Origin: an uncultured bacterium
GTDB lineage: Bacteria > Chloroflexota > UBA5177 > JANWHV01
Reading direction: 5' to 3'
Length of the DNA: 64,000 nucleotides
Assembly (NCBI GenBank): GCA_963827235.1
Contig: CAWHAE010000015.1
Coordinates: forward strand, 18,741-82,740
The notes under the pieces are model-generated. The model did not search any database and was not told where the DNA came from. It saw only the letters and a program-made list of their open reading frames with translations. A program made the translations under genes and the position numbers. Shown piece by piece: positions 9,657 to 18,447 of the stretch. Position 1 is the first letter of the stretch. Each line of letters opens with the position of its first letter.

Positions 9657-10997
9657 ATGAGGACATCACCTACAATCCTTCGAACAACCGGCTTGGCGAC
9701 GCTCTTCCTGACCATGCTGCTTGCCGGACTGCCACACGCAGGCGCGACAGCACCTGCAGCCCGCAGCGCCCAGATTGCTGTCCACACCGTTGCGGGCAGA
9801 GAGGCTGTGAGTCCGGCGACCGGCCATCTGTTCGTGCTCAGCCAGGACATGCGAAGCTCAACCGCGTTTGCCAGCGCGGTGAACATGCTCGACGCCCGGA
9901 CAGGCAGATTGATACATGCGACGCCGGTGGGCAGTTTCGCGCGGTTTCTCCTCGCCGACGACACGACCCGCCAGGTCTTTGTGCTGAAAGGCGGACTGTC
10001 CGACTCTTCGCCGCATTCCGTGGCATTGGTGGTGTTGGATACCAGGACCGGCGCAATCCTGCGTGCGGTCAATCTCGGCCCTGGAGAGATTCAGCAAGTC
10101 AGGTTGGCGAGCCGGCTCGCACAGCTCTATGTGTTCATCACTCCCGGGACGGTGCCAACGGGTCAGGGCCCGGGAGTCCTCCGCGTGCTTGACACGAAGA
10201 CCGGTGCGACCGTGCACGTCCTTCGCCTCGAGAATGAGGACATCGAGTTCGTTGTCGATCAGACCGCTTCCACGCTCTTTGTGCTCAATTCCGCAGGCAG
10301 CGTGGCACGCCTCTACAACACACGCACCTGGAAGGAGAAAGCTTCGGTGCGCCTCGAAGCACCGCAGGCGGGCATGGCGGATGAAGCCCACGGTCTTGTG
10401 GCGATCGTTTCCGGCAAGGAGCACACCACGATAACCTTCGTCAGTCCGGTGACCGGGGAAGTCCGGCGCACGATGCAACTCAAGGGCTCGACCCTAGTTG
10501 CCAATATAGTGTTCGACGACGGGACCGACCACGCCTTCTTCATCGGCTGGGGCGATGCCGGCAAGTGGCAGCGGCTTCAGGATGGAACAGCCGTCGTTGG
10601 CGGCACTGACGGCATGGTGACCACAGTCGATCGCGCCAGCGGCGCAGTTCTGCATGCACAGTCGGTCGGGCTCGCCGCGATGCGGGCAGCCGTGGACCCG
10701 AGCACCCAGCACCTGTTCGTGTTGAGCCTGGGGAGCATCGGCAAGAGCAAGGGCCGCGTGGTCATCAACTCGTCGCTCGTGAGCGTGCTCGACACGCGCA
10801 CCGGCGTTCTGCTTCGCGCAACCAAGCTTCCGCTTGCCGATGTACTGGATACCACGGATGTCGTCGTCGATGGGCACTCGGGCCGTGCTTACGTAAACGC
10901 TGCTGCCGGACTTTCCCAGCCCAACAGCGTGACGCTGCTCGATACCCATACCGGCGCCGTTGTGCGAACGGTCGTTCTGCCGGAGCCGGTTACATGA
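9657..10997 (+). CDS. Exported YVTN/YncE-like beta-propeller repeat protein
   Basis: Track ORF 9546..10997. Met38 (9657) is preceded by AAAGGAGAAGG. Signal peptide present. 7-8 repeats of the (V/L)LDTRTG..(L/V)R...L type. Confidence 0.7.
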   Translation: MRTSPTILRTTGLATLFLTMLLAGLPHAGATAPAARSAQIAVHTVAGREAVSPATGHLFVLSQDMRSSTAFASAVNMLDARTGRLIHATPVGSFARFLLADDTTRQVFVLKGGLSDSSPHSVALVVLDTRTGAILRAVNLGPGEIQQVRLASRLAQLYVFITPGTVPTGQGPGVLRVLDTKTGATVHVLRLENEDIEFVVDQTASTLFVLNSAGSVARLYNTRTWKEKASVRLEAPQAGMADEAHGLVAIVSGKEHTTITFVSPVTGEVRRTMQLKGSTLVANIVFDDGTDHAFFIGWGDAGKWQRLQDGTAVVGGTDGMVTTVDRASGAVLHAQSVGLAAMRAAVDPSTQHLFVLSLGSIGKSKGRVVINSSLVSVLDTRTGVLLRATKLPLADVLDTTDVVVDGHSGRAYVNAAAGLSQPNSVTLLDTHTGAVVRTVVLPEPVT

Positions 10998-11666
10998 AGG
11001 CTGACGAAAAGCTGAGCATGTCTCGCTCGTCAGGTGCCGGGCAAGCACCCCGTCGCCACTTGCCGCGGCCATTTTGGCACGTCCAGCATGCGAGCGATCG
11101 GCGCCACGATCGCGGTGCGCTCGCGTTCCGTCACTTGTTCGGGACGATGACCGGCACGCTCCTTCGCATGGTTATGCATCAGCTCGCCACTGTAGGCAAG
11201 AGGTTGCCGCCCCACGTCGGCCGTTCGGCCAAGAGCACGGCAGCACACACGGCCGGGGCGCATGTCGATCGCGAGAAGCTCGAGCAGCGCGTACAGAGCA
11301 CGTAGGCGCCTGTTCTGCTGATCCTGCCCAACCGTATGCATAACCCGGGGGAAGCCATCTCGCTAGAGATGGCGGTGCTCGGTGTGGCAGCGCTATCCGC
11401 CGTGAGGTAGACCAGCCGCCACCGCTGCAGCTCTGTAGCCTCGTCCACGACCGAGCTGCTCGAGCCAAGCGTGCTCGGCCCTTGCTCTCGGGAAGGAGCC
11501 GGCGTGGCACCCTGCAGCGATCGCCCGCCGTACGGACCCACTTCACGCCGCAAGTTGCAGCGCGACGGTGCCCCCAGGTGCAAAGCCCCAGACAGCGAAG
11601 GTTGCGCGGCCGCAGGCTGCCGCCACCCGCTGCACATCCGCATATACAGGCAGACCGGGGCGCGCA

Positions 11667-11688
11667 CGGGGAGGATGGTTCCTCCCCG
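11667..11688 (-). terminator. GC-rich hairpin just downstream of the acylase fragment
   Basis: CGGGGAGGA-tggt-TCCTCCCCG: 9-bp stem, 4-nt loop, 21 nt past the stop at 11709. No U-tract. Confidence 0.4.
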
Positions 11689-11708
11689 CACCGGGTAACG
11701 GTTGCAGG

Positions 11709-13253
11709 TCAGGCGTCGGGTAGCAGGTGGAGACGTCCGCCGATGGCGCGATGCGGATCGTCGGTGGGGAGCGTCATCGGGTGGTAGCGTCCGGCCAGCC
11801 AGGCGGCGATCATGTCGTCGTAGTGCGGGCTGGCTGGGTGGCCGGACTGGCCGGTCGTGTGCATGGAGCGGGCGCGGCTGATGTCGGCGAGGTCGATGAG
11901 TTGGCGGTAGGACGCGCCGAGACCGTCCTTGGCGGCGACGGCGACGGTGTCGAAGTCCCCGGGCAGCTCGTAGGGGCCACGGTTGAGCCAGCGGTCGAGC
12001 GGCGGCTTGGCGGCCAGGGGGTGGCGGAAGGTGAAGCGGTTGCGGCGGCCCCAGCGCCAGGTGGCCGGATCAGGTCCGAGTTCGGTGGTGAGCGCTGTCA
12101 GAGTCTGCGTGAAAGCGGTACGCAGGACGGCGGGCCAGGTGAGGTGGGCGAGGCCCATGGTAGCGAACCAGCCGTCGTCGGCCGTGAGGGCGAGGTCGTA
12201 GACGAGGCAGGTGAAGCGGTTAAAGTCTCCGGGGATGGCGGGCAGTACGTAAGGGTTCTTGAGGCCGAGGCAGATGTCCGTGAGGTCGCCGAGGAGTGGG
12301 GTGAGCACGGTCTGGAGCAGATGGTCTTGGAAGCGGAGACAGATCGTCGCGGCGACGCTCTCGCAGGTGAGGCGGCCGTCCCAGCCGGTCAAGTGGGCGA
12401 GGACGGCGCGCTCGGCGTCATTGTCGGGCTGTAGGCGCTGGATGAGCGTGGTGGCGTGGCAGACGGTGGTTGAGTAGACGTCAAGCTGAATGGTCTGGAA
12501 GTCGTCGAGGGTGAGGTCGGTGCGGCTGCTGAGTAGGTCGGTGATGCGCTGGACGCGGTAGGGCGCGGCCCAGTCGTTGCCGAGGTGGTAGGGGTAGTCG
12601 TCGGCGACGAGGCGGTTGTTGGCGGTGACGATCTGGTGGGTGGGTGGGTTGTAGAGGTGTGGGAGTTCGTCGAAGGGTACGAAGCCGGTCCACTCGTACT
12701 CGCCGGTCCAGCCGGGCACCGGCAGCGTGCCGTCGCCTTTGCTGCGGATGGGGGCGAGGCCGGGGGCGTAGAAGCCGATATTGCCGGCCGTGTCGGCGTA
12801 GACGAAGTTGTGGGCGGGTGCGTCCCAGAGGCGCAGGGCAGCGACGAACTCGTCCCATGTGCGGGCGCGCTGGATGGCGTCGACGGCGCGCACGAGGGTG
12901 CCGGGTTGGTTGCCGGTCCAGCGGAGTGCGAGCATGTGCTGCTCGTTAGGCTGCGGCGGGCTAATCACGGGGCCGTGGTGGATGATAAGCACCTGTTCGT
13001 CGTGGGGCTGTGCGCGACCGCGGACCTGGATGGCTTCGTGCAGCACGATGGCCTCGCGCCAGGTGTCGTGGTCGCGGTAGCGTGTGGGATCGCTGGGATG
13101 GAGCTGCTCGATGACGAGATCCTGGACGTCGAAGAAGGGGGTGGTGAGGCACAGGCGGGCGCTGAACGGAGGGGTAGCCGTCGCGGCGAATCGGACGCCC
13201 AGATCGGGGCCATGCGGACAGGTCAACCCCGTGCAACATGTCCTCTCCCCCAA
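11709..13253 (-). pseudogene. Penicillin amidase / AHL-acylase family (Ntn hydrolase) fragment, 5'-truncated
   Basis: About 450 aa resemble the C-terminal part of the beta subunit (DVQDL.IE, FVYADTAGNIGF, PVPGWTGEYEWTGF, TANNR, MHTTGQSGHPASPHYDD). The alpha subunit and the nucleophile Ser region are missing. Homology stops near 13.2 kb, where sequence character changes. Confidence 0.7.
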
Positions 13254-13512
13254 CAGTTCAAACCATTAGTCTGCGTACTGCGCAAACTCATGCGTAGATC
13301 GACACAAGCGCATTAAGCAGAGCCGATATGCTATCCGATTTCTCCAATATGGTGCCATAGTGCCCTAATTGTAGGCCGTCTGGCCCTATCTACGGTGGCC
13401 AACCGCCTGCTACAGTGGTGCCCAGTCGGACCACGGCTTGCGACCAGGTTCCGACTTCGCTGAGTTCTGGATACGGGGCATTGTGACACTGACGTAGGAG
13501 GTCTAGCGTACG

Positions 13513-13915
13513 TCACCGCCGGTGTGGACCGGCGAGGTGGGAGCAGTCGATGGGCAGGCGATCCCTGCCAGTGCGACGACCCGGCCTCTTGTGGTTGGCA
13601 ATGAGCCTGACACTCGTGCCTAGTGCTGTCCGACGTACGCGCTCAACGGCCTCGAGCCATACCAGGGTGATCCCGGCAGGCCCCCTAGCCTCAGGGCAGG
13701 AATCCCCCTCATCGCTCCTGCGCGCCGCCCATGGCCACAGGGGGGCACCGAGCCCCGGCAATACGCTGGCAATCCAGGAAGTGCCTGTTCTCGCCCAGCG
13801 CCATGCACTGCCGGCGAGTCATGCCACCACGACACGCACGATAGTCGTCACCATCGACGCGTCTCCGATCGGCACGCCCCGACGCAACGTGAGCACCCTT
13901 GGGTGCGTTCAACAC
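13513..13915 (-). mobile_element. Degenerate rve-type (IS481/IS3-like) integrase-core remnant, frameshifted
   Basis: Three overlapping minus-strand frames carry pieces resembling the rve C-terminus: DGDDYRAC, GIPALRLGGLPGSPWYG, LEAVERVRRTAL (compare NGKVERFNRTL), ANHKRPG (compare YNhhRPH). No intact ORF and no ends identified. Confidence 0.35.
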
Positions 13916-14187
13916 CCATATGTTTCGTCGGCTTCGCTAGCTGCGCGAGGAGGCCCAGGAACGCGCAGTGGGCGCCCGTCAGAAGCGGCCACTATGTAGC
14001 TGCGCAGTGCGACCCAGAGAGGAGGTCGAAAACGCGCCGCAGTTCTTTGGGGGACGCATCTCGAGAGATCCCCTGGACTACACACACGACATTGTCAGGT
14101 AGGAGGTAGACCATGAGGGAAGGAGCAGGCTAGCGAATAGCGGGAAACACCACATCCCCTGGAGGTGACTCCAGAAAGGAGCAGGTC

Positions 14188-16062
14188 ATGTCTCACCGCG
14201 GGATATCCTATACCTTCCGGCGCTTGATGATCTTGCTGCTCGTCGTCGGCATGACGGCGGAGAGCGCCACGGACGTCCACGCCGCCACACCGCCGGCTGC
14301 CACCGGGGTCTATGGCCAGCCCGACTTCGCGTCCAATACCGTGAACAACGGGGGCGTCAGCGCCACCAGCCTTTGGCAGCCTATCGGCGTGGTGCTCGAC
14401 AGCAGCGGCAACGCCTATGTGGCGGATCAGCTTAATAACCGGGTACTGTACTACCCAGCAGGGAGCACCACAGCTACACGGGTCTATGGTCAGCCCGACT
14501 TCATCTCTAACGCTTATGACAACGGCGGGGTCAGCGCCACCAGCCTCGCCGAGCCAATGGGAGTGGCCCTCGACAGCGGCGGCAACCTCTACGTGGCCGA
14601 TACGGACAACAACCGGGTGGTGTACTACCCGGCGAGCTGCTCGTCAACCCCGTTCAACTGTGCCGCTACCCGGGTCTACGGGCAGGCCGCTTTCTCCGGC
14701 TATGACCAGAACGAGGGGGGGCATCCCACCGCGCCCAGCCTCGTTCTTCCTGATGCACTGGCACTCGACAGCGGCGGCAACCTCTACGTGGCGGACTGGG
14801 CCAACAACCGGGTCGTGTATTATCCGGCGAGCTGCTCGTCCACCCAGTTCAACTGTGCTGCTACCCGGGTCTACGGGCAGGCCGACCTCACCACAAACAG
14901 CCCGAACACTGGGGGCATCAGCGCCACTAGCCTGGACAAACCCAATGGACTGGCCGTCGACAGCACCGGCAACCTCTACGTGGCGGACTTTTCCAACAAC
15001 CGGGTGCTGTACTACCCGGCGAGTTGCTCGTCCACCCCGTTCGACTGTGCCGCTACCCGCGTCTACGGTCAGATCGGCTTTGCTGAGAGCACTGGGGTTG
15101 TCAGCGCCACCAGCCTGTGGCTGCCCACTGAGGTGGCCGTCGACAGCAGCGGCGACCTCTACGTGGCGGATTGGTATAACAGCCGGGTGCTGTACTATCC
15201 GGCGAGTTGCTCGTCCACGCCGTTCGCCTGTGCCGCTACCCGGGTCTACGGCCAGCCCGACTTCACTTCCAGCGCTGCAAACAACGGAGGCATCAGCGCC
15301 ACCAGCCTCGCTGAGCCCTGGGCAGTGGCGCTCGACAGTAGCGGCAACCTCTACGTGTCGGACTTTTCCAACAACCGGGTGCTCGCCTCTTTCAGAGAGG
15401 CGACCAGACAGGCGACCTCCCTGGCTTACACCGGTCCGACGCTCCTGGCTCAGAGTCAGTCTGCCCTCCTCACTGCTACGCTCCACGGCCAGAATCAGCC
15501 GGTGGCCATCGACGACACTGTGACTTTCGCACTCGACGGCCAGAGCTGCACGGCGACAGTTGGCGACAGCTCCGGAACGGTATCCTGTGCGATCATGGTG
15601 AACCAGGCACTCGGTCCGGGGCTCTCGGTACAGGTCAGCTTCGGCGGCGATCAGGACAGCGCGCCCTCGTCCACCAGCGTGCCGGTCATCGTGTACGGGA
15701 CGCTGGCCAGCGGGTCCTTCGTGATCGGTGACCAGAGTGCAACGGTCGGCGCCAGCGTCATGTTCTGGGGCGCTCAGTGGGCCAAGGTGAACGTCCTTTC
15801 CGGCGGCGCGGCGCCCTCCTCGTTCAAGGGTTTCGCGGCCAACGTGAGCGGGAGCCAATGGACCGCTGGTCCGGGCAACAGCTCCGGAGCGCCAAACAGC
15901 GTGCCCACGTATATGGCGGTGGTGGTGTCGTCCTCGGTTACCAAGTCTGGCAGCACCATTTCCGGCAATATCGTGCACGTGATGATTGTCAAGGTCAATC
16001 CCGGCTACGGTCCCGATCCCGGCAGCGCGGGAACCGGCACTAGCGTCGCGCAACTCTCGTAG
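14188..16062 (+). CDS. Exported NHL-repeat beta-propeller protein with C-terminal Ig-like and unknown domains
   Basis: RBS AAAGGAG and a signal peptide. Six NHL-type repeats (LDSSGNLYVAD..NNRV.YYP), then an Ig-like segment and an FWGAQWAKVN...SFKGFA tail. Confidence 0.85.
   Translation: MSHRGISYTFRRLMILLLVVGMTAESATDVHAATPPAATGVYGQPDFASNTVNNGGVSATSLWQPIGVVLDSSGNAYVADQLNNRVLYYPAGSTTATRVYGQPDFISNAYDNGGVSATSLAEPMGVALDSGGNLYVADTDNNRVVYYPASCSSTPFNCAATRVYGQAAFSGYDQNEGGHPTAPSLVLPDALALDSGGNLYVADWANNRVVYYPASCSSTQFNCAATRVYGQADLTTNSPNTGGISATSLDKPNGLAVDSTGNLYVADFSNNRVLYYPASCSSTPFDCAATRVYGQIGFAESTGVVSATSLWLPTEVAVDSSGDLYVADWYNSRVLYYPASCSSTPFACAATRVYGQPDFTSSAANNGGISATSLAEPWAVALDSSGNLYVSDFSNNRVLASFREATRQATSLAYTGPTLLAQSQSALLTATLHGQNQPVAIDDTVTFALDGQSCTATVGDSSGTVSCAIMVNQALGPGLSVQVSFGGDQDSAPSSTSVPVIVYGTLASGSFVIGDQSATVGASVMFWGAQWAKVNVLSGGAAPSSFKGFAANVSGSQWTAGPGNSSGAPNSVPTYMAVVVSSSVTKSGSTISGNIVHVMIVKVNPGYGPDPGSAGTGTSVAQLS
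14308..15384 (+). repeat. Six tandem NHL-repeat coding units (~165-195 bp each) inside the CDS
   Basis: The DNA and protein repeat is visible by eye. Four units carry the insert ASCSST(P/Q)F.CAATRVYGQ. Confidence 0.75.
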
Positions 16063-16111
16063 CTCGCGGGGGGCGCTGCCTGCTACCGTCGGCAGAGCGC
16101 AACACCGCAAA

Positions 16112-16144
16112 AGAGGCCTCCGGCACTTGGCGCCGGAGGCCTCT
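16112..16144. terminator. Strong hairpin between convergent genes
   Basis: AGAGGCCTCCGGC-acttggc-GCCGGAGGCCTCT: 13-bp perfect stem, preceded by AAAA on the plus strand. Confidence 0.6.
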
Positions 16145-16527
16145 GTAGCCTAGGCGCGGCTGCCCGCACACGTATGGGGGGGGGTGTGCCCAGCGGCTCA
16201 AAGCTTTCCTGTACTCGACGAGTGTCTATGCGGGGAATCGCATGGCCATGCAGCAGCCGATAGGTCGATTCCTCGCGCCTCCGCCTGTCCCCCGTGGCTG
16301 TCCGGGAGCCTGTAGTTGCTTCCGTGGCCAGGAGATGGGGTTTGGAAAGGTCCACCTGATCTCGAGTAGCGCCGGCATCGGGAGAAGCCGCCCACTCTCC
16401 AAGGCCGGGTACCGTTCTGCATCTTGGCCACACACCGTTGGGAGCGGCATCTAGGTCGGCTCCTGTTCGCTGTGGCACGGCAGTGGCCGGATCGACGCGA
16501 TCCGGAGGCTGCAGAAATCGTGCCCGC

Positions 16528-17580
16528 CTACGGCACCGCGGCACCGCGTGAGGCGTCGGCCCAGTGCAGCACGACCTTGCCCGCGTTTCCCTGCTCGGCC
16601 ACGGCGAATGCTTCTTCGTAGTCGGCGTAGGGAAAGCGATGGGTGATCACGGGTGAGATGTCGAGACCGGACTGCAGCATGGAGGTCATCATGTACCAGG
16701 TCTCATACATCTCGCGCCCGTAGATACCCTTGATGGTCAGCATGTTGAATACGACGGTATTCCAGTCGATGGCGATCTCGTCCTTTGGAATGCCGAGCAT
16801 GGCGATACGGCCTCCGTGCGCCATGTTGGCGAGCATGTCGCGCAGGGCGGAGGGGCTGCCCGACATCTCCAGTCCAACGTCGAAGCCTTCCTGCATGCCC
16901 AGGGCGGCCTGGGCATCCTTGATCGTCTCGGTGCGGACGTCGAGGGCGCGAGTCACGCCCAGCCGGCGCGCCAGGTCCAGCCGGTACTGGTTGACGTCGG
17001 TGATCACCACGTGCCGGGCTCCGGCGTGGAGGACCACGGCGGCGGCCATGATGCCGATTGGTCCGGCGCCGGTAATCAGCACGTCTTCACCGAGCACGGA
17101 GTACGACAGCGCGGTGTGCACGGCATTGCCGAAGGGATCGAAGATAGCGGCGACGTCGAGATCGATGCCGGGCGCGTGACGCCAGATATTGGTCATCGGC
17201 AGGGCGATGTATTCGGCGAAGGCGCCGGTGCGGTTCACGCCGATGCCTTCGGTGTGCGCGCACAGGTGGCGCCGGCCGGCCATGCAGTTGCGACAGCGCC
17301 CGCATACCACGTGACCCTCGCCGCTGACGATGTCGCCGGGGCTGAAATCGTTGACGTTGGATCCGACCTCCACCACCTCGCCGACGAACTCATGCCCGAT
17401 GGCCAGTGGGACGGACACAGATCGCTGTGCCCAGGCGTTCCAGTCGTAGATATGCAGATCGGTGCCGCAAATGCCGGTGCGAAGCACGCGAATGAGCAGA
17501 TCGTTGATGCCGATAGTCGGCTCGGGCACATCCGCGAGCCACAAACCCTTCTCGGGCCTGCTCTTGACCAGTGCTTTCAT
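16528..17580 (-). CDS. tdh: L-threonine 3-dehydrogenase (Zn-dependent MDR family)
   Basis: Track ORF 16528..18177 is over-extended. Met200 (17580, MKALVKS) gives a 350-aa protein with [22 protein letters not shown] and GAGPIG motifs. Confidence 0.9.
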   Translation of the reverse strand: MKALVKSRPEKGLWLADVPEPTIGINDLLIRVLRTGICGTDLHIYDWNAWAQRSVSVPLAIGHEFVGEVVEVGSNVNDFSPGDIVSGEGHVVCGRCRNCMAGRRHLCAHTEGIGVNRTGAFAEYIALPMTNIWRHAPGIDLDVAAIFDPFGNAVHTALSYSVLGEDVLITGAGPIGIMAAAVVLHAGARHVVITDVNQYRLDLARRLGVTRALDVRTETIKDAQAALGMQEGFDVGLEMSGSPSALRDMLANMAHGGRIAMLGIPKDEIAIDWNTVVFNMLTIKGIYGREMYETWYMMTSMLQSGLDISPVITHRFPYADYEEAFAVAEQGNAGKVVLHWADASRGAAVP

Positions 17581-17685
17581 AGCAAAGCCTCTCCCCTCGT
17601 GGGACAGCGCGCGGATATGCGGATATGTGGATCCGCACGGTCCTGTTCCTGAGTATAGCCCGGTCTCCCGCCGCGCCTCACCGGA

Positions 17686-18447
17686 ATGGCGGTCTCGGAG
17701 TGCTGCGCTGTGCCCACCTCGCCAGGCACGAGCTTCTCGACCGGGGAAGTTGATTTGCGTCAGGAACGTGCTACTGAATATCAGCAGGGCACCCACGTGC
17801 ACCACATTCAGCTTCACACTTCCGGTGAGGCGTTCCCGGTGACTCTCGATGCGGAGAGTCTGCATCACGTGGTGGACAACGTGCTCGCCAATGCCATCAA
17901 GTACAGCCCTCTTGGGCGACATCATCCACTCGCAGTCGATCGCCTGGATGAGCCGTCCGGTGCGAAGGCCCGCCTGCGCGTGACCGACCAGGGGATCGGC
18001 ATTCCCCACGCAGACGTACCGCGTGTTTGCGACCAATTCTTCCGTGCCTCGAATGTGGATGGCCTGATAGCGGGCACGGGCATCGGTCTGGCAGCCGTGC
18101 GCCAGCTCGTCGAGCGCCGCGGCGGCACGCTGTCCATCGAGAGCGAGCTCGGCAAGGGTAGCGCGGTCACCATTCACCTGCCTCTCCGCCTAACGGCCAT
18201 CGAGCAGGGGGCCGCCGCGAAGCTCTATCCAGGCAGCCGGGTCGTCGACGGAGTACAACGCGCCCGTTCATGCCGGGTGCAACCGCCCGACGGCGCGGCA
18301 TCTTGTTGCCGGCCCGGCAGCCTTTCAACACCTCCGGGCGGCCGTGGTCCCCCATCCGCTGCCATGCGACCTCAATCGCGGGCCTTACGCGTCGCTCCTG
18401 CCAGCCTCGCCGCGGCTAGAGGCCCATTTCGTCAATTGGCCCGCTAA
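17686..18447 (+). pseudogene. Orphan histidine-kinase HATPase_c fragment with no HisKA or sensor part
   Basis: Residues ~50-168 (about 17835..18190) read [13 protein letters not shown]...[10 protein letters not shown]...FFRAS...[38 protein letters not shown]. There is no H-box upstream. The tail runs antisense into the next gene. Confidence 0.6.

Noticed and set aside
11030-11341. 103-aa minus-strand ORF downstream of the acylase fragment, considered as a recombinase or transposase remnant.
   Set aside because: I could not match any recombinase, transposase or other family motif, and there is no convincing RBS. Left unannotated as part of the decay zone.
17581-18177. 199-codon N-terminal extension of the tdh track ORF (16528..18177).
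   Set aside because: Tdh homology starts at MKALVKS (17580), which has its own purine-rich RBS. The extension is antisense to the HATPase fragment and has no protein-like features.
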